A DNA stretch of 64,000 bases, from contig CAVOKF010000004.1 in the NCBI GenBank assembly GCA_963696385.1, forward strand, positions 576,001 through 640,000, given 5' to 3'. Below the pieces are notes generated by a model. That model searched no databases. It was not told the DNA's origin and was given only the letters and a program-made list of their open reading frames with translations. The DNA comes from an uncultured delta proteobacterium. Lineage in GTDB: Bacteria; Myxococcota_A; Polyangia; Polyangiales; Polyangiaceae. The position numbers and the translations under genes were made by a program. Below are positions 30,988 to 40,190 of this stretch, piece by piece (positions within the stretch are counted from its first letter, which is position 1; every line of letters begins with the position of its first letter).

Positions 30988-31356
30988 TCAATTCGTCGTC
31001 GCTCGACCGCCTCGGCGGCCGAACGTGCGCTCCCAAGACGCTCGATAGGCCGCGGTTGCCACCTGCGCCGGCCCGTCCCAATCCTGCCGGACGGCTGGGG
31101 CGGCACCCGGTAGCTGGTACTCGACCTTGACGTCGTGGACGTTCGGCAAACCCGGACGCGGCGAAAGGCTCACGACTTCTCCTGCGCCCGGCAGTGGGCG
31201 CCCTTCGCGAAGGGGTCGGACCTCGCCGGCCTCGAGTTTTCCAGGTCGCGCACGCAACACGCACGCACCCTCGCCATCGGTCGTCTTGCCGTGCACCAGC
31301 ACCACGTCGAAGGTCTCTCCCCCTACATTTTTTTGGTCGGAGGACACGGATTTCAA
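30988..31356 (-). CDS. Hypothetical protein
   Basis: 122-aa ORF filling the gap, co-oriented with the upstream lipoprotein gene; C-terminal W..YR..W..TFG. Confidence 0.65.
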   Translation of the reverse strand: MKSVSSDQKNVGGETFDVVLVHGKTTDGEGACVLRARPGKLEAGEVRPLREGRPLPGAGEVVSLSPRPGLPNVHDVKVEYQLPGAAPAVRQDWDGPAQVATAAYRASWERTFGRRGGRATTN

Positions 31357-31361
31357 AAAGC

Positions 31362-32618
31362 TTACGGCGCCGAGCCGCTCCCGTCGAGGGCTGAACGTCG
31401 TGCCAAAGGATCAAGCGGGCGGGCGGGCGGCGATCGAGACCCCGCTGTGACGCCGCTCCCGGCGACGATGTCCCGCACGAACGTCGAGACCTCCGCGCGA
31501 ACGCGCCACGTCTCGGCGGCGTCGCCGAGACGGCCGATGATCGAAAACTGAACCGGAGCGCCGCGAGCGTGCGTGAACTTCGAGAGTTTGGCCGTCAGCG
31601 TAGAGTGAGCGATGGGCGTGGCCATGGGTGCGCGGCCCGGGACAATCAGTTCCGCTCGTTCGATTCGAATCTCCTCCGGATCCTTTCCGGCTGTCGCAGC
31701 GGGCTGGAACAGTTCGAGGGCCAGGCTCGGCCGAACCTGCGGTGACGGTGCCACAAAGTCGAGCCCGTTGTCTGTCAGGGGCCCGACCACAAAATGTGTG
31801 CCGTCGCGCTGATCCCTTACGACCACCCCTCGCGCGATGTCCGCTTCCGTCGTGAGATCGACGTCGAGGGAGGTTGAGGCCTCGGCGTTGTCGACGCGCA
31901 ATCTTCCGATGACGCGCGGCATCTCGTCCGGCCGCGCCGCCGTGTCGCTCGGCGCGATGACGGCGCGAAAGCGATCGGCAGCGCGTTCGCACCGGCCTAC
32001 TTCCGATCGAGTCTTCAGACTCGCGCATCGGGTTCGGTCATGCATCGCGATCGCTTCACACGTTGCGCGCGCCGCTGCGTGCTCGACGCCGGCGCAGAGC
32101 CGCGCATCGCGCGACGCGACGGCCAGACACGCTGCGTCATGCCCCTGGCCCGGACGACCCGCGACCGCCCAAGGACAGAGCTCTACGCGGCCAGCGACTT
32201 CGGCAACGGTCGCCTGGCAATGCTCCCGCAGAGCTGAAGCGTCGATCGCTTCGCACAACATGGAGTCCCTGGCCTTCGCGGCTTCGAGCAACCGGCACGC
32301 GTCAAGGAGAAATGCATCGTACCCGATCGCCTCGATGGCCTCGCCCACGAGCGGATCGAGCCGAGCGCGCGTTTCGACGCAGGCGTTGAGCGAAGTGAAC
32401 GCGTCGAGTTCGGCCTTCAGGTCTCCTGCGGGAGCGACGGGGTCGACCGTCGAAGCGAATTCACCGGCATCGGCGCCGAGAATCTCGGCCATGCCGGCTG
32501 GGCGCTCGGGCGAAATTCGCATCGGGGCCGGTACGTGATTGCCGTTGCAGCCCAGCGCAGCCTGAGCGAGGGCGGTGGCCGTACCGGCGCACAGCAACGA
32601 GTATCGCCTGGTGCTCAC
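31362..32618 (-). CDS. Hypothetical Cys-repeat lipoprotein
   Basis: Lipobox ALGC; repeated C..A..D...C units. Confidence 0.7.
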   Translation of the reverse strand: MSTRRYSLLCAGTATALAQAALGCNGNHVPAPMRISPERPAGMAEILGADAGEFASTVDPVAPAGDLKAELDAFTSLNACVETRARLDPLVGEAIEAIGYDAFLLDACRLLEAAKARDSMLCEAIDASALREHCQATVAEVAGRVELCPWAVAGRPGQGHDAACLAVASRDARLCAGVEHAAARATCEAIAMHDRTRCASLKTRSEVGRCERAADRFRAVIAPSDTAARPDEMPRVIGRLRVDNAEASTSLDVDLTTEADIARGVVVRDQRDGTHFVVGPLTDNGLDFVAPSPQVRPSLALELFQPAATAGKDPEEIRIERAELIVPGRAPMATPIAHSTLTAKLSKFTHARGAPVQFSIIGRLGDAAETWRVRAEVSTFVRDIVAGSGVTAGSRSPPARPLDPLARRSALDGSGSAP

Positions 32619-32661
32619 CGGGTCCTTTCTTTCGTTCCTGAAGGGGCAGGCTCTTCCAGCG

Positions 32662-32690
32662 TTGAAAGCTGAACGCAGGGACAGTATAGG
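32662..32690 (+). promoter_or_regulatory. recA promoter with a LexA-like operator in the spacer
   Basis: TTGAAA-N17-TATAGG; the spacer GCTGAACGCAGGGACAG contains CTG-N10-CAG. Confidence 0.7.
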
Positions 32691-32719
32691 TTCGTAAGGG
32701 AAGCAGAGTGGGAAAAACT

Positions 32720-33847
32720 ATGGATGACACCAAGAACAAGAGCAAAGCGATCGAGCTTGCCGTCGCGACGATCGAGAAAGAATACGGCAAAGGCTCGATC
32801 ATGCGCCTCAAGGAAGGGGCAAGCCTGGCCGAGGGCATTCAGACCGTCTCGACCGGGAGTATCGGGCTCGATATCGCCCTCGGCATCGGTGGCTATCCAC
32901 GCGGGCGGATCATCGAGGTGTACGGCCCCGAGTCGAGCGGAAAAACGACATTGACCCTTCATGCCATCGCCCAGGTCCAGAAGGCCGGCGGGGTAGCTGC
33001 GTTCATCGACGCCGAGCATGCCCTGGACCCCACGTATGCCCGCAAACTCGGCGTGAAGACCGACGAGTTGCTCGTCAGCCAGCCCGACTATGGTGAGCAG
33101 GCGCTCGAAATCGCCGACATGTTGGTTCGATCCGGGGCTGTGGACCTGGTCGTCATCGATTCGGTGGCTGCGCTCGTGCCAAAGGCCGAGATCGAAGGCG
33201 ACATGGGGGACAGCCATGTGGGTTTGCAAGCTCGCCTCATGAGCCAGGCCCTTCGGAAGCTCACGGCGACGGTGGCCAGGTCCAATTCTCTCCTATTTTT
33301 CATCAATCAAATCCGGATGAAAATCGGCGTCATGTTCGGGAGTCCAGAGACGACGACGGGAGGCAACGCGCTCAAGTTTTACGCGAGCGTCCGGCTCGAC
33401 ATTCGTCGCATCGGCGCGATCAAGGAGGCGGCTGCCGCGAGCGGAAAGGAGCCGGCGGTGGTCGGGAATCGAACCAGGGTCAAAGTCGTCAAAAATAAAC
33501 TTGCTCCCCCGTTTCGCGAGGTCGAGTTCGACATCCTTTACGGCCAAGGAATTTCCCGATCGGGAGACCTGCTCGATCTCGGAGCGGAGCTCGGAATCGT
33601 CGAGAAGAGCGGCGCATGGTTCTCGTTCGGCACCGACCGGATCGGTCAGGGGCGCGAGAATGCCAAGACGTACATCGAACAACATCCAGATGTGATGGAC
33701 AAGATCGAAGCGCTCATCCTCGCAAAGCACGGCATCCGGCGAGGTGCGGTCGCGAATTCCGGGGCGAACGCGACGTCGCCGCCAAATGGCGTTGAAGAAA
33801 GAGCCATGCCGAAGAAACCAGTACCGGCGGCCAAGCCCGCGAATTAG
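32720..33847 (+). CDS. recA: Recombinase A
   Basis: [34 protein letters not shown]. Start 32708 or 32720. Confidence 0.98.
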   Translation: MDDTKNKSKAIELAVATIEKEYGKGSIMRLKEGASLAEGIQTVSTGSIGLDIALGIGGYPRGRIIEVYGPESSGKTTLTLHAIAQVQKAGGVAAFIDAEHALDPTYARKLGVKTDELLVSQPDYGEQALEIADMLVRSGAVDLVVIDSVAALVPKAEIEGDMGDSHVGLQARLMSQALRKLTATVARSNSLLFFINQIRMKIGVMFGSPETTTGGNALKFYASVRLDIRRIGAIKEAAAASGKEPAVVGNRTRVKVVKNKLAPPFREVEFDILYGQGISRSGDLLDLGAELGIVEKSGAWFSFGTDRIGQGRENAKTYIEQHPDVMDKIEALILAKHGIRRGAVANSGANATSPPNGVEERAMPKKPVPAAKPAN

Positions 33848-34350
33848 TGAAGCTTTACCTCATTCGCCACGGTCCGGCGGAGGACCGAGCCGCGAGTCTG
33901 AAAGACGAGGATCGCGCCCTTACGCCAGCTGGACGCGAGCTGGTCCGTTCGGTCGCCAAGCTGCTCGTGGAAGTGGGCGAGGCGCCTCTCGGCATCGTGA
34001 CGAGCCCCCTCGTTCGCGCCGTCCAAACGGCCGAGATCGTCGCTCTGATGACTCGCCTCACCGATCGGGGCGGCTATGTCGAGGTCAGGCGCGAGATGGA
34101 GCCTGGCGGCGACGTCGCCGCGCTTGCGTCGAAGTTTGCATCCGCAGGCAGCAAGCGCGTCATGCTCGTGGGGCACGAGCCTGAACTGTCGATCGCCAGC
34201 CGCACTGTCCTTGGCAAGTTCGATCGAGTCTTCGACAAGGCCATGGTGGTGGCCGTGCATCTGCCGTCCGAAGGTCGCGAGACACGTCTGCGCTTCGTCA
34301 TCGATCCGAAGAACCTTCGGCTCGATCCGGATGCTCGCCGCCACGGTTGA
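33847..34350 (+). CDS. sixA: SixA-type histidine phosphatase
   Basis: LIRHG, DRALT..G, TSPLVRAVQTA, LVGHEP. Start overlaps the recA stop. Confidence 0.88.
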   Translation: MKLYLIRHGPAEDRAASLKDEDRALTPAGRELVRSVAKLLVEVGEAPLGIVTSPLVRAVQTAEIVALMTRLTDRGGYVEVRREMEPGGDVAALASKFASAGSKRVMLVGHEPELSIASRTVLGKFDRVFDKAMVVAVHLPSEGRETRLRFVIDPKNLRLDPDARRHG

Positions 34351-34423
34351 GCTGCCAGCGACCCGTGCCGCGGATGCCCGATCTCGCGCGCAAAGCAACT
34401 CCTAAGGGGGGTATTGCCCTCAC

Positions 34424-34490
34424 ATGCAAGTAATTGTAAATACTATTTAAATTCCCGTTCCTTGACACTCTTCCCCCCTTCTTCTAACCC
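34424..34490 (+). promoter_or_regulatory. AT-rich patch with IHF-like site and sigma70 promoter
   Basis: ATGCAAGTAATTG then AT-rich TAAATACTATTTAAATT; TTGACA(34462)-N17-TAACCC. Confidence 0.5.
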
Positions 34491-34508
34491 GGCGGGTGGA
34501 GGCCACGG

Positions 34509-35360
34509 ATGGGCAGTCGGAGCGTCGTGCCCGTTTTCCACGCGAGTCGCTCGGGGGCGGCTCGCATGGCTGGACGCGCCACCTCTTTGGCCCGCTCTCA
34601 GGTCGCCGCAGCCATCCGAATTCCGGAGCGCGCGGGCGGCCAGCTAAGGCTGGTCTTTCCGCCTGGGTCGCCTCGGCTCTTCGTGCATGAGGGCGCTCGC
34701 CAATCCCTAGAGCGCAAACTTCGTGCCGCCTTCGCGGGCTCGGTGATCCTGTCCATCACGGACAACCGACATTCCATCATCACTCACCGCGTCCAACGCG
34801 GAACGCTCTTCGTTCGAGCACACCACATGTTTCTCGACGCTCCGGCATCGGTCGTCGATGCGCTGGTCCGTTATGTGACCCGCGGCGATCGCGAGGCAAG
34901 CGCGGCTCTCGGCGACTTCATCGACGCCAACGGCTTCAGGCTTGCTCGACGCAAGCGGAACGCGCCGCTCATAGCGCGGGGCAAACATCATGACCTGTTG
35001 GTCGTCTACGGGGACGTAAACGAGCGATACTTTGGTGGAAGTGTCCACGCTTTGATTACCTGGGGCAAGAAGTCCACGACCAAGGCACCGAGACGCAGGA
35101 CCATCAAGCTCGGGAGCTACAGTGCCTTTGATCGATTGATCCGCGTCCACCCTGCACTCGATCGAACGTGGGTTCCACGGTATTTCGTGGCATACATCGT
35201 TTACCACGAGATGCTGCATCACGTGATTCCAGGTAGCCGCGGGCTCGGCCGCGTGAACCTGCACCCCCCCGAATTTAAAGAGCGCGAGAAGCAATTTCGA
35301 TACTACGAGCGCGCTCTCGAATGGGAGAGGCGTCACGTCGGTCGACTGCTCCGAGCGTGA
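34509..35360 (+). CDS. SprT-like zinc metalloprotease
   Basis: IKLGSY, IRVHPALD, YHEMLH, HPPEF. Start uncertain. Confidence 0.75.
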   Translation: MGSRSVVPVFHASRSGAARMAGRATSLARSQVAAAIRIPERAGGQLRLVFPPGSPRLFVHEGARQSLERKLRAAFAGSVILSITDNRHSIITHRVQRGTLFVRAHHMFLDAPASVVDALVRYVTRGDREASAALGDFIDANGFRLARRKRNAPLIARGKHHDLLVVYGDVNERYFGGSVHALITWGKKSTTKAPRRRTIKLGSYSAFDRLIRVHPALDRTWVPRYFVAYIVYHEMLHHVIPGSRGLGRVNLHPPEFKEREKQFRYYERALEWERRHVGRLLRA

Positions 35361-35364
35361 GCGT

Positions 35365-35535
35365 CTTAGTACGGCGCCCATTGAATGGTACCCAGCTTCG
35401 CTGGGCACGCCTGCTTCGCAGGCGGGCGCTGTACTAAGATGATTTCCTTGGGGCTTCGCCCCAAACCCCCAATCGCCTGCCGGCGATTGAAGTACACCGC
35501 ACGGCTGATCCCTTTGTTCTGGAGCGGTGTACTTA
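35365..35535 (-). repeat. Structured intergenic repeat, full copy A (REPIN/BIME- or MITE-like)
   Basis: Nested inverted repeats; its reverse complement aligns end-to-end with 55691-55863. Confidence 0.9.
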
Positions 35536-35567
35536 CGCCCGAATGCATTCGGGCGGACCCTCGCGGG

Positions 35568-38258
35568 ATGATCGAGTCGTCCCCGGGTGTTTCAGCCCAC
35601 GATAGCGTGGGTATCGCGTCTCGCCGCCCGCTCGAGTCAGCGCGAAGCGCGAGGCTCGCCGCTGTCCTGGCGGCCTCGTTGCTTGGTGGGTGTGCTTTCC
35701 AGAGGTCCCATCCAACGGCGCCGGCCGTCGTGGCAGCGGTCGCGCCGCCGATGAGCGCTTCGTCGGCCGCTCGTTGGGCGGTGTCGAAGACGGAGCCTGC
35801 GCGCTCGCATGCGGTCGCAGTGCTGGAGCACAAAACTCTCGGGCCCTTTGTCGCTCGTGGAAGTTCCACGGGGCTGGCTGCTTGGATCGCGCCTGCCGAA
35901 AAGGGAGGCGGCGAGGAGCTCGTCGTCATTCCGCTGGCGGAAGACGGGGCGCCGATGCACGACGCGCGAGGGATCGCGCGCGTGCCTCAGGAGGCGACGT
36001 CGCTCGTCATTCAGCCCGCAGGCGGGAAGCTCGGCGGATGGTTCGTGGCCTGGAGCGCTCTGCTGGATCGCGGCGAATCGCTTACTGTCGTTGGCTTGAC
36101 GCCCGAGGGCACCGTCCGAGGGGCGGCGGCCGACGTGCAGCGCACCAGCGATCACATCCGGTGGTTTCAAATCGTGCCGACCCAAGACGGCGGCTTATGC
36201 GTTTGGGCCGAGGAGACCACGGCGGGCGACGCCAACGTGCTGGCGGTGGGCATGGACGTCGATGCAAAAGTCCACGGGCAACCGGTGCGGGTGGCCCGCG
36301 GCGTGGACCGGTGGCAGACGGTCCCGGCCGGTCGAGGAGCCGCGCTGGCACTCGTGGCGGTTGGCCCCGTCGACGATCGAATGCGTGCCGGCGGGAATTT
36401 GACATGGCAGCGCCTCGATGCGGACGGTCATCCAGACGGAGCCAGTGTGCTTGTGACCGGGCGGCCCACCGTCAGCGGAGACGTCGATGTCGTTCCCATC
36501 CGTGACGGTTGGCTGATGGCCTGGACCGACCGGACCGGCGAAGATCCACAGGTTATGCTCGCCGCGGTCGACGCTCGAGGGCATGTGCGCGGACCGGCGC
36601 CTGCGATGAACGCGGTAGGCGGATCCACCGTCGTAGACCTTGCCGCGGGACCGAAAGGTGTCGCTCTAGCTTGGGCAGAGCCGCACAGCCGTGTGCGTCC
36701 GACGAGTGTGCTTCATCTTGCGCTGGTCTCTACCGAATTGGAGCTCTCGGCTTTGCCGCTTACGTCGTTCGACATCGCGTCCGGAAGCCCACCCGAGCTG
36801 GTGGCCACCGATGTCGGATTCGCCCTTTTGGCGCTCGCCCGCTGCCGCTCCGCCGACCCGAATGCGACGTGCGCCGGATCGGTGGTGCCCACATTTACTC
36901 GTCTCGATGATCGGCTCCGGGCCGTGCAAGTCGAGCCGATGTTCACGGGCGACGAGCACGCTCCGTCATCGATTGGTTGGGGACTGCGCTGCGGCGTCGG
37001 CGGGCGATGTTTTGCTCTGGCCGCGTCGAGCGTTGCGCCAACGCCGATCTATACGGTGGACTTCCCCGTCCGCGCATCCGCCTTCTCTGCGCCGCTTACG
37101 GAGGAGGGGCCGGTTGGCGCGCCGCGCGTCACCGGGGTGGAAACGATCGCGTCGGGACAGCCGTACGAGGATCTCGCGGCCGCCCATGTGGGCGCGGGGA
37201 CGCTGGTGGCAACGCTCGCGGGCGCGCTCGACTTGCCGCGCGAACGGCGCCGGTCTCGCGGCGCTCAGATCGTACTTCAATCGGTCGATCGCACGGGGCG
37301 GCCGCTCGGCCCGGAGAGGCCCCTGACGTCGCGTGCGCTGTTGACTGGGGGTATAGCCCTCGCCGCCGGCGCGCAACCAGGCGACGGCGCCGCGATCGTG
37401 TGGGTCGGCCGAGACGAGGGGGATCCGCATGTGCACGTCGCTCGGACCGATCCGCTCGGGCATTCGATGCAGCAAGCGCGGCTTACAGACGTCGCTGGCG
37501 AGGCAAGCAGCGTTGCGGTGGCATGGGCCGGCAATGGTTGGATTGTCGCATGGGTCGACGGTCGCAGCGGCAACGGCGAGGTCTACGCCGCCAAGGTCGA
37601 TCGCAACCTCAGGCGCGTGGGTCACGAGCAGCGTCTCACGAAGGCGCCCGGCGATGCGGGGGACGTCGCCCTATCCATACGAGACGGTATCGCGTGGGTC
37701 GCCTGGAGCGATCCGCGTGAGAGTCCGCGGGAAGGAGTAGCCGACATTTTTGTGACGACGCTTCATGCCGAAGACGCCACGCGCGCCGGCGATGAGGTTC
37801 GTGTTCTCGCAACGGCCTCTCACTCCCGATCGCCGAGTCTCGCAGCGGTGCCAGGCGGAGGGGCCATACTCGCGTGGATCGAAGATGCACCCTCCGGTCT
37901 CGACGCGCCCGGAGCTGCGATGGTCGCGCGGCTCGATGCGTCGGCTCACGTCGTCGGCGTGCCTGCTGCGTTGCCATTTTCCAAAGACGAGCGGCCGACC
38001 AATGTCGTGCTGGACTCGCAGTCCGGCGATGTCCGGGCCGTGATTGCCCACGGCGGGCGCGATGGGCTAACCCTCGCGGCACTGCGGTTGGGACAGGACG
38101 CGACGCCGGTGACGACTTCGACGCTGCTCGACTTGGACGCATCCTCGTCATTCGACGTGTCCTTGGCCCTCACGACGGACGGACTGGTGTTCGATGACGT
38201 TGGATCCGCCCCTGGCGATCGTCGGGTGCGCCGGGCCGCCATCGACTGGAAGCCTTAG
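35568..38258 (+). CDS. Large lipoprotein with beta-propeller-like repeats
   Basis: Lipobox LLGGC; repeated GW.VAW.D blades. Start uncertain; the longer ORF from 35385 runs through the repeat. Confidence 0.75.
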   Translation: MIESSPGVSAHDSVGIASRRPLESARSARLAAVLAASLLGGCAFQRSHPTAPAVVAAVAPPMSASSAARWAVSKTEPARSHAVAVLEHKTLGPFVARGSSTGLAAWIAPAEKGGGEELVVIPLAEDGAPMHDARGIARVPQEATSLVIQPAGGKLGGWFVAWSALLDRGESLTVVGLTPEGTVRGAAADVQRTSDHIRWFQIVPTQDGGLCVWAEETTAGDANVLAVGMDVDAKVHGQPVRVARGVDRWQTVPAGRGAALALVAVGPVDDRMRAGGNLTWQRLDADGHPDGASVLVTGRPTVSGDVDVVPIRDGWLMAWTDRTGEDPQVMLAAVDARGHVRGPAPAMNAVGGSTVVDLAAGPKGVALAWAEPHSRVRPTSVLHLALVSTELELSALPLTSFDIASGSPPELVATDVGFALLALARCRSADPNATCAGSVVPTFTRLDDRLRAVQVEPMFTGDEHAPSSIGWGLRCGVGGRCFALAASSVAPTPIYTVDFPVRASAFSAPLTEEGPVGAPRVTGVETIASGQPYEDLAAAHVGAGTLVATLAGALDLPRERRRSRGAQIVLQSVDRTGRPLGPERPLTSRALLTGGIALAAGAQPGDGAAIVWVGRDEGDPHVHVARTDPLGHSMQQARLTDVAGEASSVAVAWAGNGWIVAWVDGRSGNGEVYAAKVDRNLRRVGHEQRLTKAPGDAGDVALSIRDGIAWVAWSDPRESPREGVADIFVTTLHAEDATRAGDEVRVLATASHSRSPSLAAVPGGGAILAWIEDAPSGLDAPGAAMVARLDASAHVVGVPAALPFSKDERPTNVVLDSQSGDVRAVIAHGGRDGLTLAALRLGQDATPVTTSTLLDLDASSSFDVSLALTTDGLVFDDVGSAPGDRRVRRAAIDWKP

Positions 38259-38276
38259 TTCGCAGGCAGATTTCGA

Positions 38277-38303
38277 CTCGCTGCCGCCGACCCAGGCAGC
38301 GAG
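38277..38303. terminator. Intergenic hairpin
   Basis: CTCGCTGCC-N9-GGCAGCGAG (9-bp stem) just after a stop codon; no U-tract. Confidence 0.3.
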
Positions 38304-38350
38304 ATGGCATGCGGGCTCCGATCCTTCTATCCTTGCCTGCGAACGACCCC

Positions 38351-38710
38351 ATGGGAATCGACCCGATCGGAAAAGAGGGAGCATCCATCCCGACGAGCGT
38401 CGGCGGCCCCTCTTCTGCCCTCGAAGCGCAGCGTCCTTTCGAGCTTTCCGAGGCTCCTCGGGTTGAGCCCGCTGGGCCCGCAGAGGCCCCTGCCACCAGC
38501 CTCGATCAGCTCCGCGCCGGCCGCGTCACTCTCGAGGGGTATCTCGCCCTGAAAGTCGATGAGGCGACGGTCCAGCTGGGCTCGTTGCCGAGCACGGAGC
38601 GGGAGATGATTCGGTCGGTTCTCCTCGAGCGAATAGCGAGCGATCCGATGCTCGTCGACCTCGTGCGTGCAGCAACGGGCGCCGTCCCTCGGCCGCCGCA
38701 TGACGACTGA
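38351..38710 (+). CDS. Hypothetical protein
   Basis: MGIDPIG..., helical C-terminus; overlaps the start of the next gene. Confidence 0.6.
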   Translation: MGIDPIGKEGASIPTSVGGPSSALEAQRPFELSEAPRVEPAGPAEAPATSLDQLRAGRVTLEGYLALKVDEATVQLGSLPSTEREMIRSVLLERIASDPMLVDLVRAATGAVPRPPHDD

Positions 38711-39710
38711 CGCCGACGAGCCCCGGCAGAACCTCTCAGGCCTTGGTGCGAATGGGAAGGGCGGATCTCGCGCCCGCTCGAAGGGCCACAGCGCTGCCGC
38801 GAGCTTGGGTCGTCGCGGGTTCGTGCTTGGCGCCACGGCGGCAGTGGCCTGTTCGCGCGGCGAGCGCGACGCTCGGGGAGGTTCCTTGGACGGATCCGTG
38901 TCGTCGAACGTCCGGCTTCTCGAATGGGATCTCGGCTCGCAACCGTGGGGTCAAGCACGGGCAGCGGTTGTCGTGCCGACGTGGGGCGCGCCCAACGAAC
39001 GGTTTCCGCTGCTTATCGCCCTGCACGGTCGCGGCGAAGCGGTCAAGCCGCCCGCCGACGGTGCTCTCGGATGGCCGCGCGACTACGCCATGATTCGTAT
39101 GATCGACCGCCTGCGGAACGCGCCGCTTCGAGACGACGACTACGAGGGATGGGCCGACCCGCTACGTCTTGCGCAAACGAACGCTTCCCTCGCTATGCGA
39201 CCGTTCGGCGGTCTCGTCGTCGCCTGCCCGTGGCTGCCCGACTTCAGCCCAACCTCGACCGGCGAGATTGGCGCGTACGCGCGCTTCTTACTGGACGTGC
39301 TCGTGCCCCGCGTTCGGAGCCAGACGCCCGTCGTCACGTCGCCTGAGTCGACCGGCATCGACGGCGTTTCGTTGGGTGGTGTCGTCGCGCTTCGCATCGG
39401 TCTCACCTATCCGGACGCGTTCGGAGCGGTCGGCGGCATTCAGCCAGCCATCGCCGAAGGACAGACGGCACAGTGGACCGCGCTGGCGGAGGCGGCGCGG
39501 ACTCGGCGCCATGACCTGAAGCTGCGATTGGTGACGAGCTCCGACGACTATTTCCGGCGAGCCGTTCTGGCCGTCTCGCGCGCATGGGGCGCGGCGGGCA
39601 TCGGCCACGATTTGGTCGACGTGCCAGGTCCGCACGACTACGTCTTCAATCGCGGTCATGGGTCGATCGAGCTCTTGTTGTGGCACGACCGCGCGCTATC
39701 GCGCGGGTGA
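38700..39710 (+). CDS. Alpha/beta hydrolase (putative esterase), possible Tat lipoprotein
   Basis: GRRGFV + VAC; LHGRG, GVSLGG nucleophile elbow, GPHDY. Confidence 0.82.
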   Translation: MTTDADEPRQNLSGLGANGKGGSRARSKGHSAAASLGRRGFVLGATAAVACSRGERDARGGSLDGSVSSNVRLLEWDLGSQPWGQARAAVVVPTWGAPNERFPLLIALHGRGEAVKPPADGALGWPRDYAMIRMIDRLRNAPLRDDDYEGWADPLRLAQTNASLAMRPFGGLVVACPWLPDFSPTSTGEIGAYARFLLDVLVPRVRSQTPVVTSPESTGIDGVSLGGVVALRIGLTYPDAFGAVGGIQPAIAEGQTAQWTALAEAARTRRHDLKLRLVTSSDDYFRRAVLAVSRAWGAAGIGHDLVDVPGPHDYVFNRGHGSIELLLWHDRALSRG

Positions 39711-39799
39711 GGCCGCTTCCTGCCCGGTAGGCTGGACCATGCCGCACCCGCGGATGGAGAATGCGTCGTCGCAATTTCTGGCCACGCTACAATTGTTAA

Positions 39800-40162
39800 A
39801 TGCGGCGGCTCCTTCTGTCTCTTCCTCTTCCGCTCGGCTTGCTGTTTATGCCTGGCTTGCTGAACGCCTGCGTTGCCGAAATTCCCGATCACGTCGATCT
39901 TCAACCGGCTGCCGCAGACGTCGAATTTGCCACGGAACCGCCGAGCGCAGACGCGTACTGGCTCGTCGGGTCCGTGACCGGTGTTGCAGCGGCGCACGAA
40001 GTCGATGCGGCGCAACAAGCCGCGCGCAACGACATGCGGAACAAGGCTGCCGCGCTCGGCGCCTCGCTCGTGACCATCGACCGAGATACCGGGGAGGCGC
40101 TTCCGTTACGAGACAAGACCAAGGTCACGTTGGTGGGCAGGGCCTATAAGTCCGTCGACTGA
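39800..40162 (+). CDS. Small lipoprotein (DUF4156/YbjQ-like fold)
   Basis: LNAC lipobox; ARNDMRNKAAALGA, GRAY. Confidence 0.7.
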   Translation: MRRLLLSLPLPLGLLFMPGLLNACVAEIPDHVDLQPAAADVEFATEPPSADAYWLVGSVTGVAAAHEVDAAQQAARNDMRNKAAALGASLVTIDRDTGEALPLRDKTKVTLVGRAYKSVD

Positions 40163-40190
40163 AGACTGTGGCCGACTACCATTCGCGCGC

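Noticed and set aside
35385..35567. N-terminal extension of the 957-aa ORF
   Set aside because: It runs through the non-coding repeat; the lipoprotein signal lies downstream, so the true start is later.
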